Shown one piece after another: positions 27,798-36,734 of a DNA stretch of 64,000 nucleotides; within the stretch, counting starts at the first letter, position 1, and each line of letters begins with the position of its first letter. The notes under the pieces were generated by a model. That model did not search any database. It had not been told where the DNA came from and saw only the letters and a program-made list of their open reading frames with translations. The stretch covers positions 6,884-70,883 of the forward strand of contig NZ_CANRMB010000010.1 in NCBI RefSeq assembly GCF_947631635.1. The letters run 5' to 3'. Source of the DNA: an uncultured Dysosmobacter sp. Its GTDB lineage: Bacteria > Bacillota > Clostridia > Oscillospirales > Oscillospiraceae. The position numbers and the translations under genes are program-made.

Positions 27798-29033
27798 TTA
27801 TGCCTCCCCGGCAGGGGCCTGTTCATCCGCGGGGGCGGTCTCACCGTCCGCCCCGGACTCTGCGGGGATCTGGGTATTCTCCTCGGTGACGATCCGGACA
27901 GGCGCACCGTCGGACAGATAGGCCTGGCCCACGGTCACCAGCTGCTGTCCCTCGGAGAGGCCGGAGAGGACCTCCGTGACGCCGCTGCCGGTGAGGCCGG
28001 TGGTGACCTCCACATACTTGGCGGCGCCGTTTTCCACCACATAGACATACTGCGTGTCGCCGCTGGTGAGGATGGCCTCGGTGGGGACCACGATGGCGTT
28101 TTCAGAGACGTCCGTGTGGAAGGTGACGTCGGCAAACATGCCGGAGAGCAGGTCCGTCACATCGGCGGGGACCGTGAGGGTGACGGTGTACAGCTTGGTC
28201 TGCATGTTGGCCGCCCGCTCCACGGAGCGGATGGTGGCGGTGAAGCGCTTGTCGATGGCGCTGACATACACATCCGCCTCCCCGCCGGCGGCCAGCTTGG
28301 GCACCAGCGTCTCGGAGACGGAGACCGTGACCTTCATCTGGTCCGCGCCGTCGATGACGGCCATGGGCATGGAATTGGAGATGAAGCTGCCCTCCACGGC
28401 GTTCATTGTCACCAGCGTGCCGGACATGGGGGCGATGACATTGCCGTCAGTGTCCACATTTTCCAGCGCGGTGTCCAGCTGTTCCAGGCTGGATTTGGCG
28501 TTCTGGATCCCGGCCTCCAGCTGGCTGAGGGCGGAGTTCCGCCCGGCCACGGCGTTCAGGTAGTTCAGCTCCGCCTGGTCCACCTCCAGCTGGGAGGCGG
28601 CGCCGATCTCAAACAGGGCCTTGGTGTTGCTGACATTGTCAGCCGCCAAACCGACCTGTTTGTCCAGAACGGCCTTCTGGTCCTGATAGCTCTGCACTGT
28701 GGAGTGATAGCTGATGCGGGCGGCGTTGTAGGACGCCAGAGAGCTGCCCAGGTCCAGCGTGCAGAGGATGTCGCCGGCCTCCACCAGGTCGCCGGCCTGG
28801 GCGTATACGGCGGTGCACTTGGCGGCGGAGGCGATCAGGATAGTGGACTCATTGTCCGCGGAGACCTTGCCGGAGACCTTGTTCTCCGTGGAGATGGTGT
28901 CGGCGGATACCGTCTCCACCTGGACGGCGGTGCCCGCGGCAGGGGCCTCCTCCGGCTCCTCGCCGCCGCAGGCCGTCAGGGACAGGGCCAGGGCGGCGGC
29001 TGTCAGCACGGCGGCAATACGATGATATTTCAT
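27798..29033 (-). CDS. Efflux RND periplasmic adaptor (membrane fusion protein), lipoprotein
   Basis: Lipobox LSLTACGG, a coiled-coil hairpin and a beta-barrel region typical of HlyD/AcrA adaptors. Confidence 0.85.
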   Translation of the reverse strand: MKYHRIAAVLTAAALALSLTACGGEEPEEAPAAGTAVQVETVSADTISTENKVSGKVSADNESTILIASAAKCTAVYAQAGDLVEAGDILCTLDLGSSLASYNAARISYHSTVQSYQDQKAVLDKQVGLAADNVSNTKALFEIGAASQLEVDQAELNYLNAVAGRNSALSQLEAGIQNAKSSLEQLDTALENVDTDGNVIAPMSGTLVTMNAVEGSFISNSMPMAVIDGADQMKVTVSVSETLVPKLAAGGEADVYVSAIDKRFTATIRSVERAANMQTKLYTVTLTVPADVTDLLSGMFADVTFHTDVSENAIVVPTEAILTSGDTQYVYVVENGAAKYVEVTTGLTGSGVTEVLSGLSEGQQLVTVGQAYLSDGAPVRIVTEENTQIPAESGADGETAPADEQAPAGEA

Positions 29034-29111
29034 GTGATACGGGTCCTCCTATGATAAAGTATCGGGTCCCATCGGCGTGACGGGACAAAAGCTGCGTGTC
29101 CGGCTGCGGCG

Positions 29112-30506
29112 TCAGTTCAAAACGCCGTGCTGCACGGCCCAGCAGTAGGTGTTGTAGGAAGAGAACAGGTCATTGGCGGAGGTGCGCACCTTTTCCTCGG
29201 CTTCCTGCAGCTTATCCCCGGCGTCCAGAAGGGCGTTTTGGGAGATGGTGCCCTGCTGGAATTTCAACTCCATGGATGCGTAGGTATCCTGCTGGCAGGC
29301 CAGCGCGATCTTGGCGGCATCCCAGATCTGCTTGTAGTCGTGCACCTGGGCGTACAGCGTGCGGAATTTCAGCGCATAGTCCTGCATGGTGTTGCTGTAG
29401 GTATACTGCGCGGCCTGCCAGGTGTGCTTGGCCGCCATGAACTCGTATTTTTTCTCATTGTATCCGTACTTGCGCCCGGACTCCTTATAATCCTCCTGGG
29501 CGTCCTCCAGCGTTTTGGCGGCGGCATAGAGGTCATAGCTCTTCTCCTTGGCGGCCAGCAGATCGGCCTCCTGATCCATGGCCTCCAGCTGTTTGCCGGT
29601 CACATTCGGCACAGGGCCCAGCTGGATGGCACCGGTCTGCTCCGCGCCGATCAGCATCTCCAATTGGAGCTTGTAGTTCCGGATGTTCATGCGCAGGGTC
29701 TCCAGGCCGCTGGCCAAGGCGGCCTGACCAGACTTGACCTCGGAGAGCTGCAGGGCGGAGATCTGCCCCATCTGGTAACGAAGCTCCATCTCCTCCACGG
29801 TCCGGTTCAGGGAGTCCAGCTGCCGCTGCAGGGCGCCCTCCTGGATATCCATGGCCTTTACCGCCACATACAGAGCCTCTCCGGCAATGACGATCTGGTC
29901 CTGTAAGGCCCTCAGCTGGCGGATGGTGGCGGCGTTGTCCTCCTGCATCTCACCGTCCCGGATGGCGTCGAACTGCTCCCGCAGGGCGTCGTACTGGGTC
30001 TGCAGATTCTGGGAGGCCAGGCTGCCCGCCATCGGCTCGTTCATCATCCCGGAGGCCTCCAGCATGGACCACTGGGCGTCGGCAATGTCGTTCAGGGCCT
30101 CCCGGAGGCTCTGCTCCATTTTGTCATAGTCGATCTCCTCCAGGGTCCGGATGTTCTCCTCCAGGACCAGCAGCTGTAAGTTCTTCTCCCGGATCCGGCG
30201 CTCCAGGTTGGCGAAGGTAACGGTGCCCACCGCGTCGGGGACGATCTCCACCGCCTCCGTCAGCAGCTCTCCGGTCTCCGGGTCCACCTCCGGCTCCGCG
30301 TCCGGCCCCGCCGGGGAGGGCGGCTCTTCCGCTTCATCGTTTTCGTCAACCCCGGCGGTTTCTCCGTCCTGACCGCCTTCGGCGGGGACGGCCTCCTCTG
30401 CGGTCTGATCCTCTGCCTGCCCCTCCTCGCCCGCAAGGGCGGAGACCGCGCACAGGGAGAGCGTCAGGGCAAGGACCAGCAGAAGCGCTGTGATTCGCTG
30501 TTTCAT
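29112..30506 (-). CDS. TolC-like outer-membrane-efflux-protein family member
   Basis: Signal peptide, an acidic low-complexity linker, then two long helical repeats (ELRYQMGQISALQLSEVKSGQAALASGLETL...) as in the TolC/OEP family. First structural gene of the efflux operon. Confidence 0.65.
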   Translation of the reverse strand: MKQRITALLLVLALTLSLCAVSALAGEEGQAEDQTAEEAVPAEGGQDGETAGVDENDEAEEPPSPAGPDAEPEVDPETGELLTEAVEIVPDAVGTVTFANLERRIREKNLQLLVLEENIRTLEEIDYDKMEQSLREALNDIADAQWSMLEASGMMNEPMAGSLASQNLQTQYDALREQFDAIRDGEMQEDNAATIRQLRALQDQIVIAGEALYVAVKAMDIQEGALQRQLDSLNRTVEEMELRYQMGQISALQLSEVKSGQAALASGLETLRMNIRNYKLQLEMLIGAEQTGAIQLGPVPNVTGKQLEAMDQEADLLAAKEKSYDLYAAAKTLEDAQEDYKESGRKYGYNEKKYEFMAAKHTWQAAQYTYSNTMQDYALKFRTLYAQVHDYKQIWDAAKIALACQQDTYASMELKFQQGTISQNALLDAGDKLQEAEEKVRTSANDLFSSYNTYCWAVQHGVLN

Positions 30507-30517
30507 ATGTACCTCCT

Positions 30518-31141
30518 TTATTGGGGCCGTTCAGGGGCCTGTTTCAGGCTTCCGTATTGAATGATCTCCAGACGGGCCTGCAATTCCCGCCGGTATGTAT
30601 CGGAGCGCTCCGGTCGGATCAGACTGTCCATCACCGCGGAGCAGAGTGCCATGATTGACAGGGAAAAGACATGCCGGATAAAGGCGGCGTCCTGCCGGCG
30701 GAGCATCGAGACATCCAGATGGTTGTCGAGGTCCTCTACCAGCACCTGCTCCGGCTTTTCGGCGATCATTTTCCGCAGGTCGAATCCCGGGTTTATGCGC
30801 AGAATGCGCATAAAACGCTCCAGACAGGGATCATCGCTGCCCCGCTGTAAAAACCGGTCGTATGCAGCGATCTGAAGCTGAAACAGATCGCCGTGACACT
30901 CGTCCAGCAGACGGCGGTACGCCCCGGTAAAGCGGAGCCGCACGCTCTCCAGCAGATAGGAGAACAGGTCGTCCTTGTCGGTGAAATACTGGTAAAAGCT
31001 GCCCCGGGAGATCCCGGCGTCCTTGATGATATTGTTGATGGAGGTCTCCGTATAGCTCACGCGGGAGAACTCCGCCCAGGCCGCCTGGATAAAGCGGGCC
31101 TGCTTCTCTTCCGGCAGGCGCAGGAAGGTCTTTGTCGGCAT
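30518..31141 (-). CDS. TetR/AcrR-family transcriptional repressor
   Basis: N-terminal HTH FSRVSYTETSINNIIKDAGISRGSFYQYF. Start taken at MPTKTF, because the operator palindromes occupy the longer tracked extension. Confidence 0.85.
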   Translation of the reverse strand: MPTKTFLRLPEEKQARFIQAAWAEFSRVSYTETSINNIIKDAGISRGSFYQYFTDKDDLFSYLLESVRLRFTGAYRRLLDECHGDLFQLQIAAYDRFLQRGSDDPCLERFMRILRINPGFDLRKMIAEKPEQVLVEDLDNHLDVSMLRRQDAAFIRHVFSLSIMALCSAVMDSLIRPERSDTYRRELQARLEIIQYGSLKQAPERPQ

Positions 31142-31168
31142 GTTCCGTTTAGCCTCCTTCTCATGAAG

Positions 31169-31202
31169 TGACAGACTGTCATTAAAAAGTGACACGCTGT
31201 CA
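31169..31202 (-). promoter_or_regulatory. Two tandem palindromic operators (probable TetR sites)
   Basis: TGACAGACTGTCA (31169-31181) and TGACACGCTGTCA (31190-31202), centres 21 bp apart, between the promoter -10 box and the tetR start codon. Confidence 0.65.
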
Positions 31203-31230
31203 TTATAAGCAGGCGGCGGGTGAGTGTCAA
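31202..31230 (-). promoter_or_regulatory. Consensus sigma-70-type promoter of the tetR-efflux operon
   Basis: The minus strand reads TTGACA, 17 nt, TATAAT. Confidence 0.7.
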
Positions 31231-31299
31231 CGAACTTCCGGAAAAAAATAAAATCTTCACAGAATCGTTACATTTCTGCCAATCCCTGGATGGCTTTCC

Positions 31300-31337
31300 T
31301 CAAAAATATCCCGCAGACAGCGGTGCCGTCTGCGGGA
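31300..31337 (-). terminator. Intrinsic terminator of the murT-gatD operon
   Basis: 9-bp stem CCCGCAGAC/GTCTGCGGG, followed by ATATTTTTGAGG on the minus strand. Confidence 0.65.
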
Positions 31338-31356
31338 CTTGAGTTGGTCAGTTCTT

Positions 31357-31518
31357 AGAGCTTATCCGCAAATTAGGACGCCCACGTCTTGCGGCCATAT
31401 TTTTCGTCATATTTCGTTGATTTTCCTTGCCGGGCGTCAGCCCGCCTGCAAAAAATCGCCTTGTCTGGCAAAAAATCTGTCTCGCAATCCGTATGCGCCT
31501 AATTTACGGATAAGCTCT
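31357..31518. mobile_element. MITE-like element: 21-bp terminal inverted repeats around a 120-bp non-coding core
   Basis: AGAGCTTATCCGCAAATTAGG (31357-31377) and CCTAATTTACGGATAAGCTCT (31498-31518) are complementary at 20 of 21 positions. The right arm supplies the last six codons and the stop of gatD. Confidence 0.4.
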
Positions 31519-32248
31519 TATTTTGGCAGCGCAGGGAGAGCTGCTCCGCCGTGATGGCGTAGCCCTCCTCGGCCCAGCGGTCCACGGGGCGCTCCGCCGG
31601 GAGCGTTTCGCCCCTTTGCTGGTAGATGGCGGCGGCCACGACCTCCAGCAGCCGGGGGTTCTTCACCAGGATAGGGCCGGTGAGCTGGGAGGCAAACACG
31701 TTTTTCCAGTGGAAGCCCTCGGGCGTGCCCGTCCCGTCGTTGCCGTATCCCATGGAGAGGGAGGTCAGCAGGGGCGTTTCCAAGCCCTTGACGATGCCGC
31801 ACTTGTTCATAAAGCCCACCACAGCCTGGGGATAGAGGTCGGTCTTGCCGTACACATCCTCCACAAAGCGCTTTTTGCCCTGCACGGAGGTGAACCCGGC
31901 CAGACCGATGCCGTCATAGACCTTCCCACCGGCGTCGGTGACGGACTTGCCCAGCAGCTCCATGGCGGTCCCGGCGAAGAGCATGGCGGTGCCCGCCTCC
32001 GCGGCGGCCTTCACAGCGCCGCCGAACCGGATAAAGTCCGCCAGAGCGGCCTTCTGGCTCCGCTCCGTACCGGCCCCCATATAGAGAAAGTCGGCCTGGG
32101 AGAGATCGGCCTCCTGCCCGGGGGCCACCGTCTCCACAGTCACGGTGTTGCCCAGCGCCTCCAGGTACCGCCGCAGGACGGACACGTTGGCGTAGCTGCC
32201 GTACAGGCTCATGAGATCGGGGTAGAAGTGGATGATCTTCAGTTCCAT
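31499..32248 (-). CDS. gatD: GatD-like (CobB/CobQ-type glutamine amidotransferase) partner of MurT; canonical catalytic Cys and His are absent
   Basis: Collinear with the remembered S. aureus GatD (GFxN.xG, GYGN, EG.H.KN...GPIL.KNP), and coupled to murT. FAGTAMELLG replaces the ICGGYQFLG nucleophile elbow, and QLTGPIL replaces YLHGPIL. Confidence 0.75.
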   Translation of the reverse strand: MELKIIHFYPDLMSLYGSYANVSVLRRYLEALGNTVTVETVAPGQEADLSQADFLYMGAGTERSQKAALADFIRFGGAVKAAAEAGTAMLFAGTAMELLGKSVTDAGGKVYDGIGLAGFTSVQGKKRFVEDVYGKTDLYPQAVVGFMNKCGIVKGLETPLLTSLSMGYGNDGTGTPEGFHWKNVFASQLTGPILVKNPRLLEVVAAAIYQQRGETLPAERPVDRWAEEGYAITAEQLSLRCQNKSLSVN

Positions 32249-32252
32249 GGTC

Positions 32253-33581
32253 TCAGCCCTCCTTTACCACGTGGGCCAGCAGCTTGTCCCGGTCGGAGAA
32301 GCAGGTCACCACATACAGGTCCTCGCTGCCATCCTCTTTCAAAGCTGCCGCCGCGGCGGCGATGTCCGGCTGAACGGACCAGACCGACGGAGCAATGGCG
32401 GTGAAGGAGAACCGCTCCGCCAGGTCATTGCAGTACCGGCCGGAGAGGACGATCTTCTTCACCTGGGGGACGTTCAGCTGGTCGAAGTCGATGTCCCACA
32501 GCCAGCTGGTCTCGCTGGTGAAGTACTTCCGGCTCACCGCGTCCACAATGATGAGCACGGCGCAGTCCGCTTTGGTGGAGGCCACATACCGCAGGTTGGT
32601 GTCGTAGGCGATGCTGTTTTCATGCTTGCTGGTCAAAAGGGTGCCGTGGTGCTGGCCCAGGGTGAACTTCTGCATCCGGCCGTTTTTCAGGATATAGTTG
32701 TTGATGACCCCGGCGATCTTCTCCGGGGCCGCGCCGGCCCGGCGGCAGGCGGCGTAGGCCGCCAGGATGTTGTACACATTGTAAATGCTGCGGAAGGCCA
32801 GCTGGATGGTCACGGTCCCGTCGATGGTCAGGGTGCCGTTCTCCAGGTCCACCGCCGTGGCGGTGTAGTCCGTGGCGGGCTTGGCGTGGCCGCACCTGGT
32901 GCAGCGGTAGGCGCCGATGTGGTTGTAGTGCACATAGTCGTATTCCATCGGGGCGCGGCAAACCGGGCAGTAGGCCCCGTCGTGATAGACGCCGGTGGGG
33001 GCGTCCGTGGAGAGGGAGCACCGGTCCAGACCGAACCACCGCACGCTGCTGTGTCCGTTGGCAAAGCAGCTGGACAGGGGGTCGTCGGCGTTCAAGATCA
33101 GCTCCGTCTCGGGATGGATGGCGGGCAGGATGGCGTCATACACCCACTCAGGATGGCCGTTGCGGGTCAGCTGGTCCCGGTACAGGTTGGTGACCACGAA
33201 CTCCGTGGGGTGGAAGAACTTGAAGCTGTGGGCGGCATAGCGCTCGTCGGACTCGATCAGCAGCACGTCCGCCTTGACCTTTCCGCCCAGGGTGGCGTGG
33301 GTCAGCACCAGGGTGGTGACGCCCTCGATCTGGTTGGAACCCTCCTCGTTGTAGACCACGTTTTTCCCGTCAGCCCGGAGGATGGCGGCGATCATCTCCA
33401 CCGTGGAGGTCTTGCCGTTGGAGCCGGTGACGGCGATGATGTGAGGCGGCAGCTGCACCCGGGCCAGGATGTCCGGGCAGATCTTCAGGGCGAACTTGCC
33501 GGGCATGGAGCTGCCCTTGCCCACCAGCCTGCCCACAAAGCGGCCCAGCTTGCACACGATGATGGCGAGAAATTTTCTCAT
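32253..33581 (-). CDS. murT: MurT, Mur-ligase-family subunit of lipid II isoglutaminyl synthase
   Basis: P-loop TGSNGKTST, the MurT-specific Cys4 ribbon CPVC...CTRCGH, and a C-terminal DUF1727-like region. Confidence 0.85.
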   Translation of the reverse strand: MRKFLAIIVCKLGRFVGRLVGKGSSMPGKFALKICPDILARVQLPPHIIAVTGSNGKTSTVEMIAAILRADGKNVVYNEEGSNQIEGVTTLVLTHATLGGKVKADVLLIESDERYAAHSFKFFHPTEFVVTNLYRDQLTRNGHPEWVYDAILPAIHPETELILNADDPLSSCFANGHSSVRWFGLDRCSLSTDAPTGVYHDGAYCPVCRAPMEYDYVHYNHIGAYRCTRCGHAKPATDYTATAVDLENGTLTIDGTVTIQLAFRSIYNVYNILAAYAACRRAGAAPEKIAGVINNYILKNGRMQKFTLGQHHGTLLTSKHENSIAYDTNLRYVASTKADCAVLIIVDAVSRKYFTSETSWLWDIDFDQLNVPQVKKIVLSGRYCNDLAERFSFTAIAPSVWSVQPDIAAAAAALKEDGSEDLYVVTCFSDRDKLLAHVVKEG

Positions 33582-34249
33582 GCCTGTTCCATCTCCTTGT
33601 CAGAAAAATCCCGGAATTCCGCGATGGCGCGGACCGGCGCGCCGTCGGCGTTTTTGTATTTCAGAGGCAGGGCGAAGAACATGAGGTCGTTCCGGCCCGC
33701 CACTTTTTTCAGGCACAGGCTCTCGATGATGACCAGGCCGCCGTTTAGCAGGATCTTGTGAGCGGAGAGACTGTCGCTTTGGAGCGTATCCACACTGAGC
33801 GCGTCGGTGCCCACGCCCTTCAGCCCGCAGGAGACCAGATATCTGGCGGCCTCCTCGTCCGGCACCGGGAAGGTGTCCTCAAAGTAGGCGTCCGTGCCCC
33901 ATCGCTTCTCCCATCCGGTGTAGAACAGCACAAAGTCCGCGGACCGTACCGTACCGTTCTGCTGCCGCAGAAAGTCGGCGGTGATGACGCGGTCCGGCGC
34001 CAGGTGGGACACATCCAGCACAATGGCCCGCCCGCAGAACTGGGAGGCGGGCAGCACCTCCAGGGAGGAGCCGTCCCGCAGCAGGTGGGAGGGGGCGTCC
34101 ATATGGGTGCCGGTGTGGGAGGAGAGGGTGATCTGGGTCTCCCGGTAGCCGGTCCGGGTCAGGGAGCCGGCGGCGGTCATGGTGGGCGCGGAGGAGCCGG
34201 GATACATGGGCATCTCCGGCGTGATGGTGTGCGTCAGGTCAATAATCAT
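33578..34249 (-). CDS. Cyclase-family protein (arylformamidase/kynurenine formamidase-like)
   Basis: SSHTGTHMDAPSH motif and the overall cyclase-fold pattern. The stop overlaps the murT start. Confidence 0.75.
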   Translation of the reverse strand: MIIDLTHTITPEMPMYPGSSAPTMTAAGSLTRTGYRETQITLSSHTGTHMDAPSHLLRDGSSLEVLPASQFCGRAIVLDVSHLAPDRVITADFLRQQNGTVRSADFVLFYTGWEKRWGTDAYFEDTFPVPDEEAARYLVSCGLKGVGTDALSVDTLQSDSLSAHKILLNGGLVIIESLCLKKVAGRNDLMFFALPLKYKNADGAPVRAIAEFRDFSDKEMEQA

Positions 34250-34326
34250 GGCGCAATTCCTTTCCTTATGTGGTGCAGTATGATAAACGTTCCCCGGATA
34301 CCGGGGATGGCAGACAAAAGAAGGAG

Positions 34327-34551
34327 TCAGCGTTCGTCCCGGAGGCCCAGCAGATAATCGGTGCTGACATGGAAATATTGGGCCAGCGCGATGATGGTGA
34401 GCGCTGGGATATTTACTTGGCCATACTCAATCTTTTGGTAGTTGCTGGTGGTACAGCCCAAGTATTCGGCCATAGATTTTTGCGTTTTACCGGATTCCAA
34501 GCGCAGGCTTTGTAAGCGGCGGCCTAAAGTGACCAGAAAATGTTGTTCCAT
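34327..34551 (-). CDS. XRE-family HTH transcriptional regulator
   Basis: LGRRLQSLRLESGKTQKSMAEYLGCTTSNYQKIEYGQVNIPALTIIALAQYFHVSTDYLLG. Confidence 0.75.
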   Translation of the reverse strand: MEQHFLVTLGRRLQSLRLESGKTQKSMAEYLGCTTSNYQKIEYGQVNIPALTIIALAQYFHVSTDYLLGLRDER

Positions 34552-34563
34552 GAGAACCTCCTG

Positions 34564-34593
34564 TTGACACACAATTATATTGTGTGTTATAGT
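34564..34593 (+). promoter_or_regulatory. Promoter with an embedded perfect palindromic operator
   Basis: TTGACA, 18 nt, TATAGT. The spacer holds ACACACAAT-TAT-ATTGTGTGT (34567-34587) with perfect 9-bp arms. Confidence 0.6.
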
Positions 34594-34627
34594 GAAAGCA
34601 CAATAAAATTGCGCTAGGGGGATTCTT

Positions 34628-34843
34628 ATGCGGGAGACCTATGAATGGCTTTATGATTACTACGCGGAACCGCAGCTCCAAAAACTGCCGGAGTTTGACA
34701 GCGAACGGCTGGAGCGGCTGGCGGAGGCGGCGCCGGAATTGACGCGCATTGACCTGCTGGACCGCCTGTACGCCCTGCGCCTGGTATGGTGCACCGCCGC
34801 CTTTGAGACCGGCGTGCGGCTGGGGCTGCACATGCTGGAGTAG
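34628..34843 (+). CDS. Hypothetical small protein (71 aa), divergent from the XRE regulator
   Basis: GGGGGA RBS, helical acidic/Leu-rich sequence, no recognised family. Confidence 0.45.
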   Translation: MRETYEWLYDYYAEPQLQKLPEFDSERLERLAEAAPELTRIDLLDRLYALRLVWCTAAFETGVRLGLHMLE

Positions 34844-34848
34844 GCGGC

Positions 34849-36717
34849 CTATTTTTCCAGATAGATCATCAGCGCCGCCACATCCGCCGGGGACACGCCG
34901 GAGATGCGGGAGGCCTGTCCCAGGTCCAGAGGCCGGACGGCGTTCAGCTTTTCCCGGGCCTCCAGACGCAGTCCCTGAATGGCGCTGTAATCCAGATCGG
35001 CGGGGAGCTTGTGGGACTCCATTTTGCGGAAGTCCTCCACCTGCTTCTGCTGGCGCTGAATGTAGCCCTCGTATTTCACGGAGATCTCCACCTGCTCGGC
35101 CACGTCGTCCGGCAGGGCGGGCCGCTCCGGGTCAAAGGGGGCCAGCTCCCCATAGTGGAGCCGGGGCCGCCGCAGCAGGGAGATCAGCGGACAGCCGTCG
35201 GTGACGTCCGCCGTGCCCTTTGCCTGCAAAAAGGCGGACAGGGCGGGGGAGGGGGACGCGCCGGTGTGGGTCAGGCGTTTGATCTCCCGGTCCACGGCCG
35301 CGTATTTCTCCTCCACGGCCAGAAGGCGCGCGCCGGAGACCAGGCCGATCTCATAGCCCCGGCGGGTCAGCCGCCGGTCGGCGTTGTCCTGCCGCAGCAG
35401 CAGGCGGTATTCGCTGCGGGAGGTCATGATGCGGTAAGGCTCGTTGGTGCCCTTGGTCACCAGATCGTCAATGAGGGTGCCGATATAGGACTCCGACCGG
35501 GAGAGGATGAAATCGCCCTTGCCCAGCAGCTTGCGGGCGGCGTTGACCCCGGCCGCAAAGCCCTGGACGGCGGCCTCCTCATAGCCGGAGGAGCCGTTGA
35601 ACTGTCCCGCGCCGTACAGGCCGGACACAGCCTTGACCTCCAGCGTGGCCCGCAGGGCCAGGGGGTCGATGCAGTCGTATTCGATGGCGTAGGCGGGCCG
35701 GGTCATGACGGCGCGGCGCAGGCCCGGCACGCTGTGGAGCATTTGCAGCTGCACCTCCTCCGGCATGGAGGAGGAGAAGCCCTGGATGTACAGCTCCTCG
35801 GTGTTCAGCCCCATGGGCTCCACAAACAGCTGATGGCGGAGCTTGTCCGGGAAGCGGACGATCTTCGTCTCAAAGGAGGGGCAGTACCGGGGGCCTATCC
35901 CCTCGATCAGGCCGGAATACATGGGCGCCCGGTCCAGGTTCTCCTGGACGATGCGCTTGGTCTCCTCTGTGGTCCAGGTCAGCCAGCAGACGGCCCTGTT
36001 GGCCGGCTGCTCCGGCGTGGAATAGGAGAAGGGCACCGGCAGCTGGTCGCCGGGCTGGACCTCCATCTCGTCAAAGTCCACCGTCCGGGCGTTGACCCGG
36101 GGCGGGGTGCCGGTCTTGAACCGCCGCAGGGGCAGGCCCAGCTTCAGCAGGGAGTCTGTCAGCCGGAGGGCGGCGTGCATCCCATCGGGGCCGGAGTCCT
36201 CCACGCACTCGCCCACGATAGTGCGGCCCGCCAGATACGTGCCGGTGGCCAAAATCACGGCCTTTACATCGAACACCGCGCCGGTGGACAGGACCACGGC
36301 GGAGACCGCGCCGTTCTCCGCGCGGACCTCCACCACCTCGCCCTGGCGGACGGTCAGGTGCTCCTGCCGCTCCAGCGTGTGCTTCATCCGCTCCTGGTAC
36401 CTCCGGCGGTCCGCCTGGGCCCGGAGGCTCCACACGGCGGGACCCTTGCCGCGGTTCAGCAGGCGGTACTGGATGCAGCACTCGTCGGCGGCTTTCGCCA
36501 TCTCGCCGCCCAGAGCGTCCAGCTCCCGGACCAGATGGCCCTTGCCGGTGCCGCCGATGGCGGGGTTGCAGGGCATGTTGCCCACCGCGTCCAGATTGAT
36601 GGTGAACACGATGGTCTCCAGCCCCAGCCGGGCGGCGGCCAGCGCCGCCTCGATCCCGGCGTGGCCCGCGCCGACCACGGCGATATCAAATTGTCCGGCG
36701 TGGAATTCAGTCATCAT
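34849..36717 (-). CDS. mnmG: tRNA uridine 5-carboxymethylaminomethyl modification enzyme MnmG (GidA)
   Basis: [26 protein letters not shown] motif, [21 protein letters not shown], full-length 622 aa. Confidence 0.95.
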   Translation of the reverse strand: MMTEFHAGQFDIAVVGAGHAGIEAALAAARLGLETIVFTINLDAVGNMPCNPAIGGTGKGHLVRELDALGGEMAKAADECCIQYRLLNRGKGPAVWSLRAQADRRRYQERMKHTLERQEHLTVRQGEVVEVRAENGAVSAVVLSTGAVFDVKAVILATGTYLAGRTIVGECVEDSGPDGMHAALRLTDSLLKLGLPLRRFKTGTPPRVNARTVDFDEMEVQPGDQLPVPFSYSTPEQPANRAVCWLTWTTEETKRIVQENLDRAPMYSGLIEGIGPRYCPSFETKIVRFPDKLRHQLFVEPMGLNTEELYIQGFSSSMPEEVQLQMLHSVPGLRRAVMTRPAYAIEYDCIDPLALRATLEVKAVSGLYGAGQFNGSSGYEEAAVQGFAAGVNAARKLLGKGDFILSRSESYIGTLIDDLVTKGTNEPYRIMTSRSEYRLLLRQDNADRRLTRRGYEIGLVSGARLLAVEEKYAAVDREIKRLTHTGASPSPALSAFLQAKGTADVTDGCPLISLLRRPRLHYGELAPFDPERPALPDDVAEQVEISVKYEGYIQRQQKQVEDFRKMESHKLPADLDYSAIQGLRLEAREKLNAVRPLDLGQASRISGVSPADVAALMIYLEK

Positions 36718-36734
36718 ATATTCCTCTTTGGGGC

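Noticed and set aside
24558-29054. 503-aa and 950-aa + strand ORFs across the RND and MFP genes
   Set aside because: Antisense shadows (Gly/His/Asp/Val-rich) of clearly recognisable efflux genes.
31357-31518. Reading the inverted-repeat element as an integron attC site (GCCTAAT / ATTAGG cores)
   Set aside because: On either strand, the order and orientation of the core-like sequences is the reverse of the R''...R' arrangement of attC. There is also no integron integrase or cassette array.
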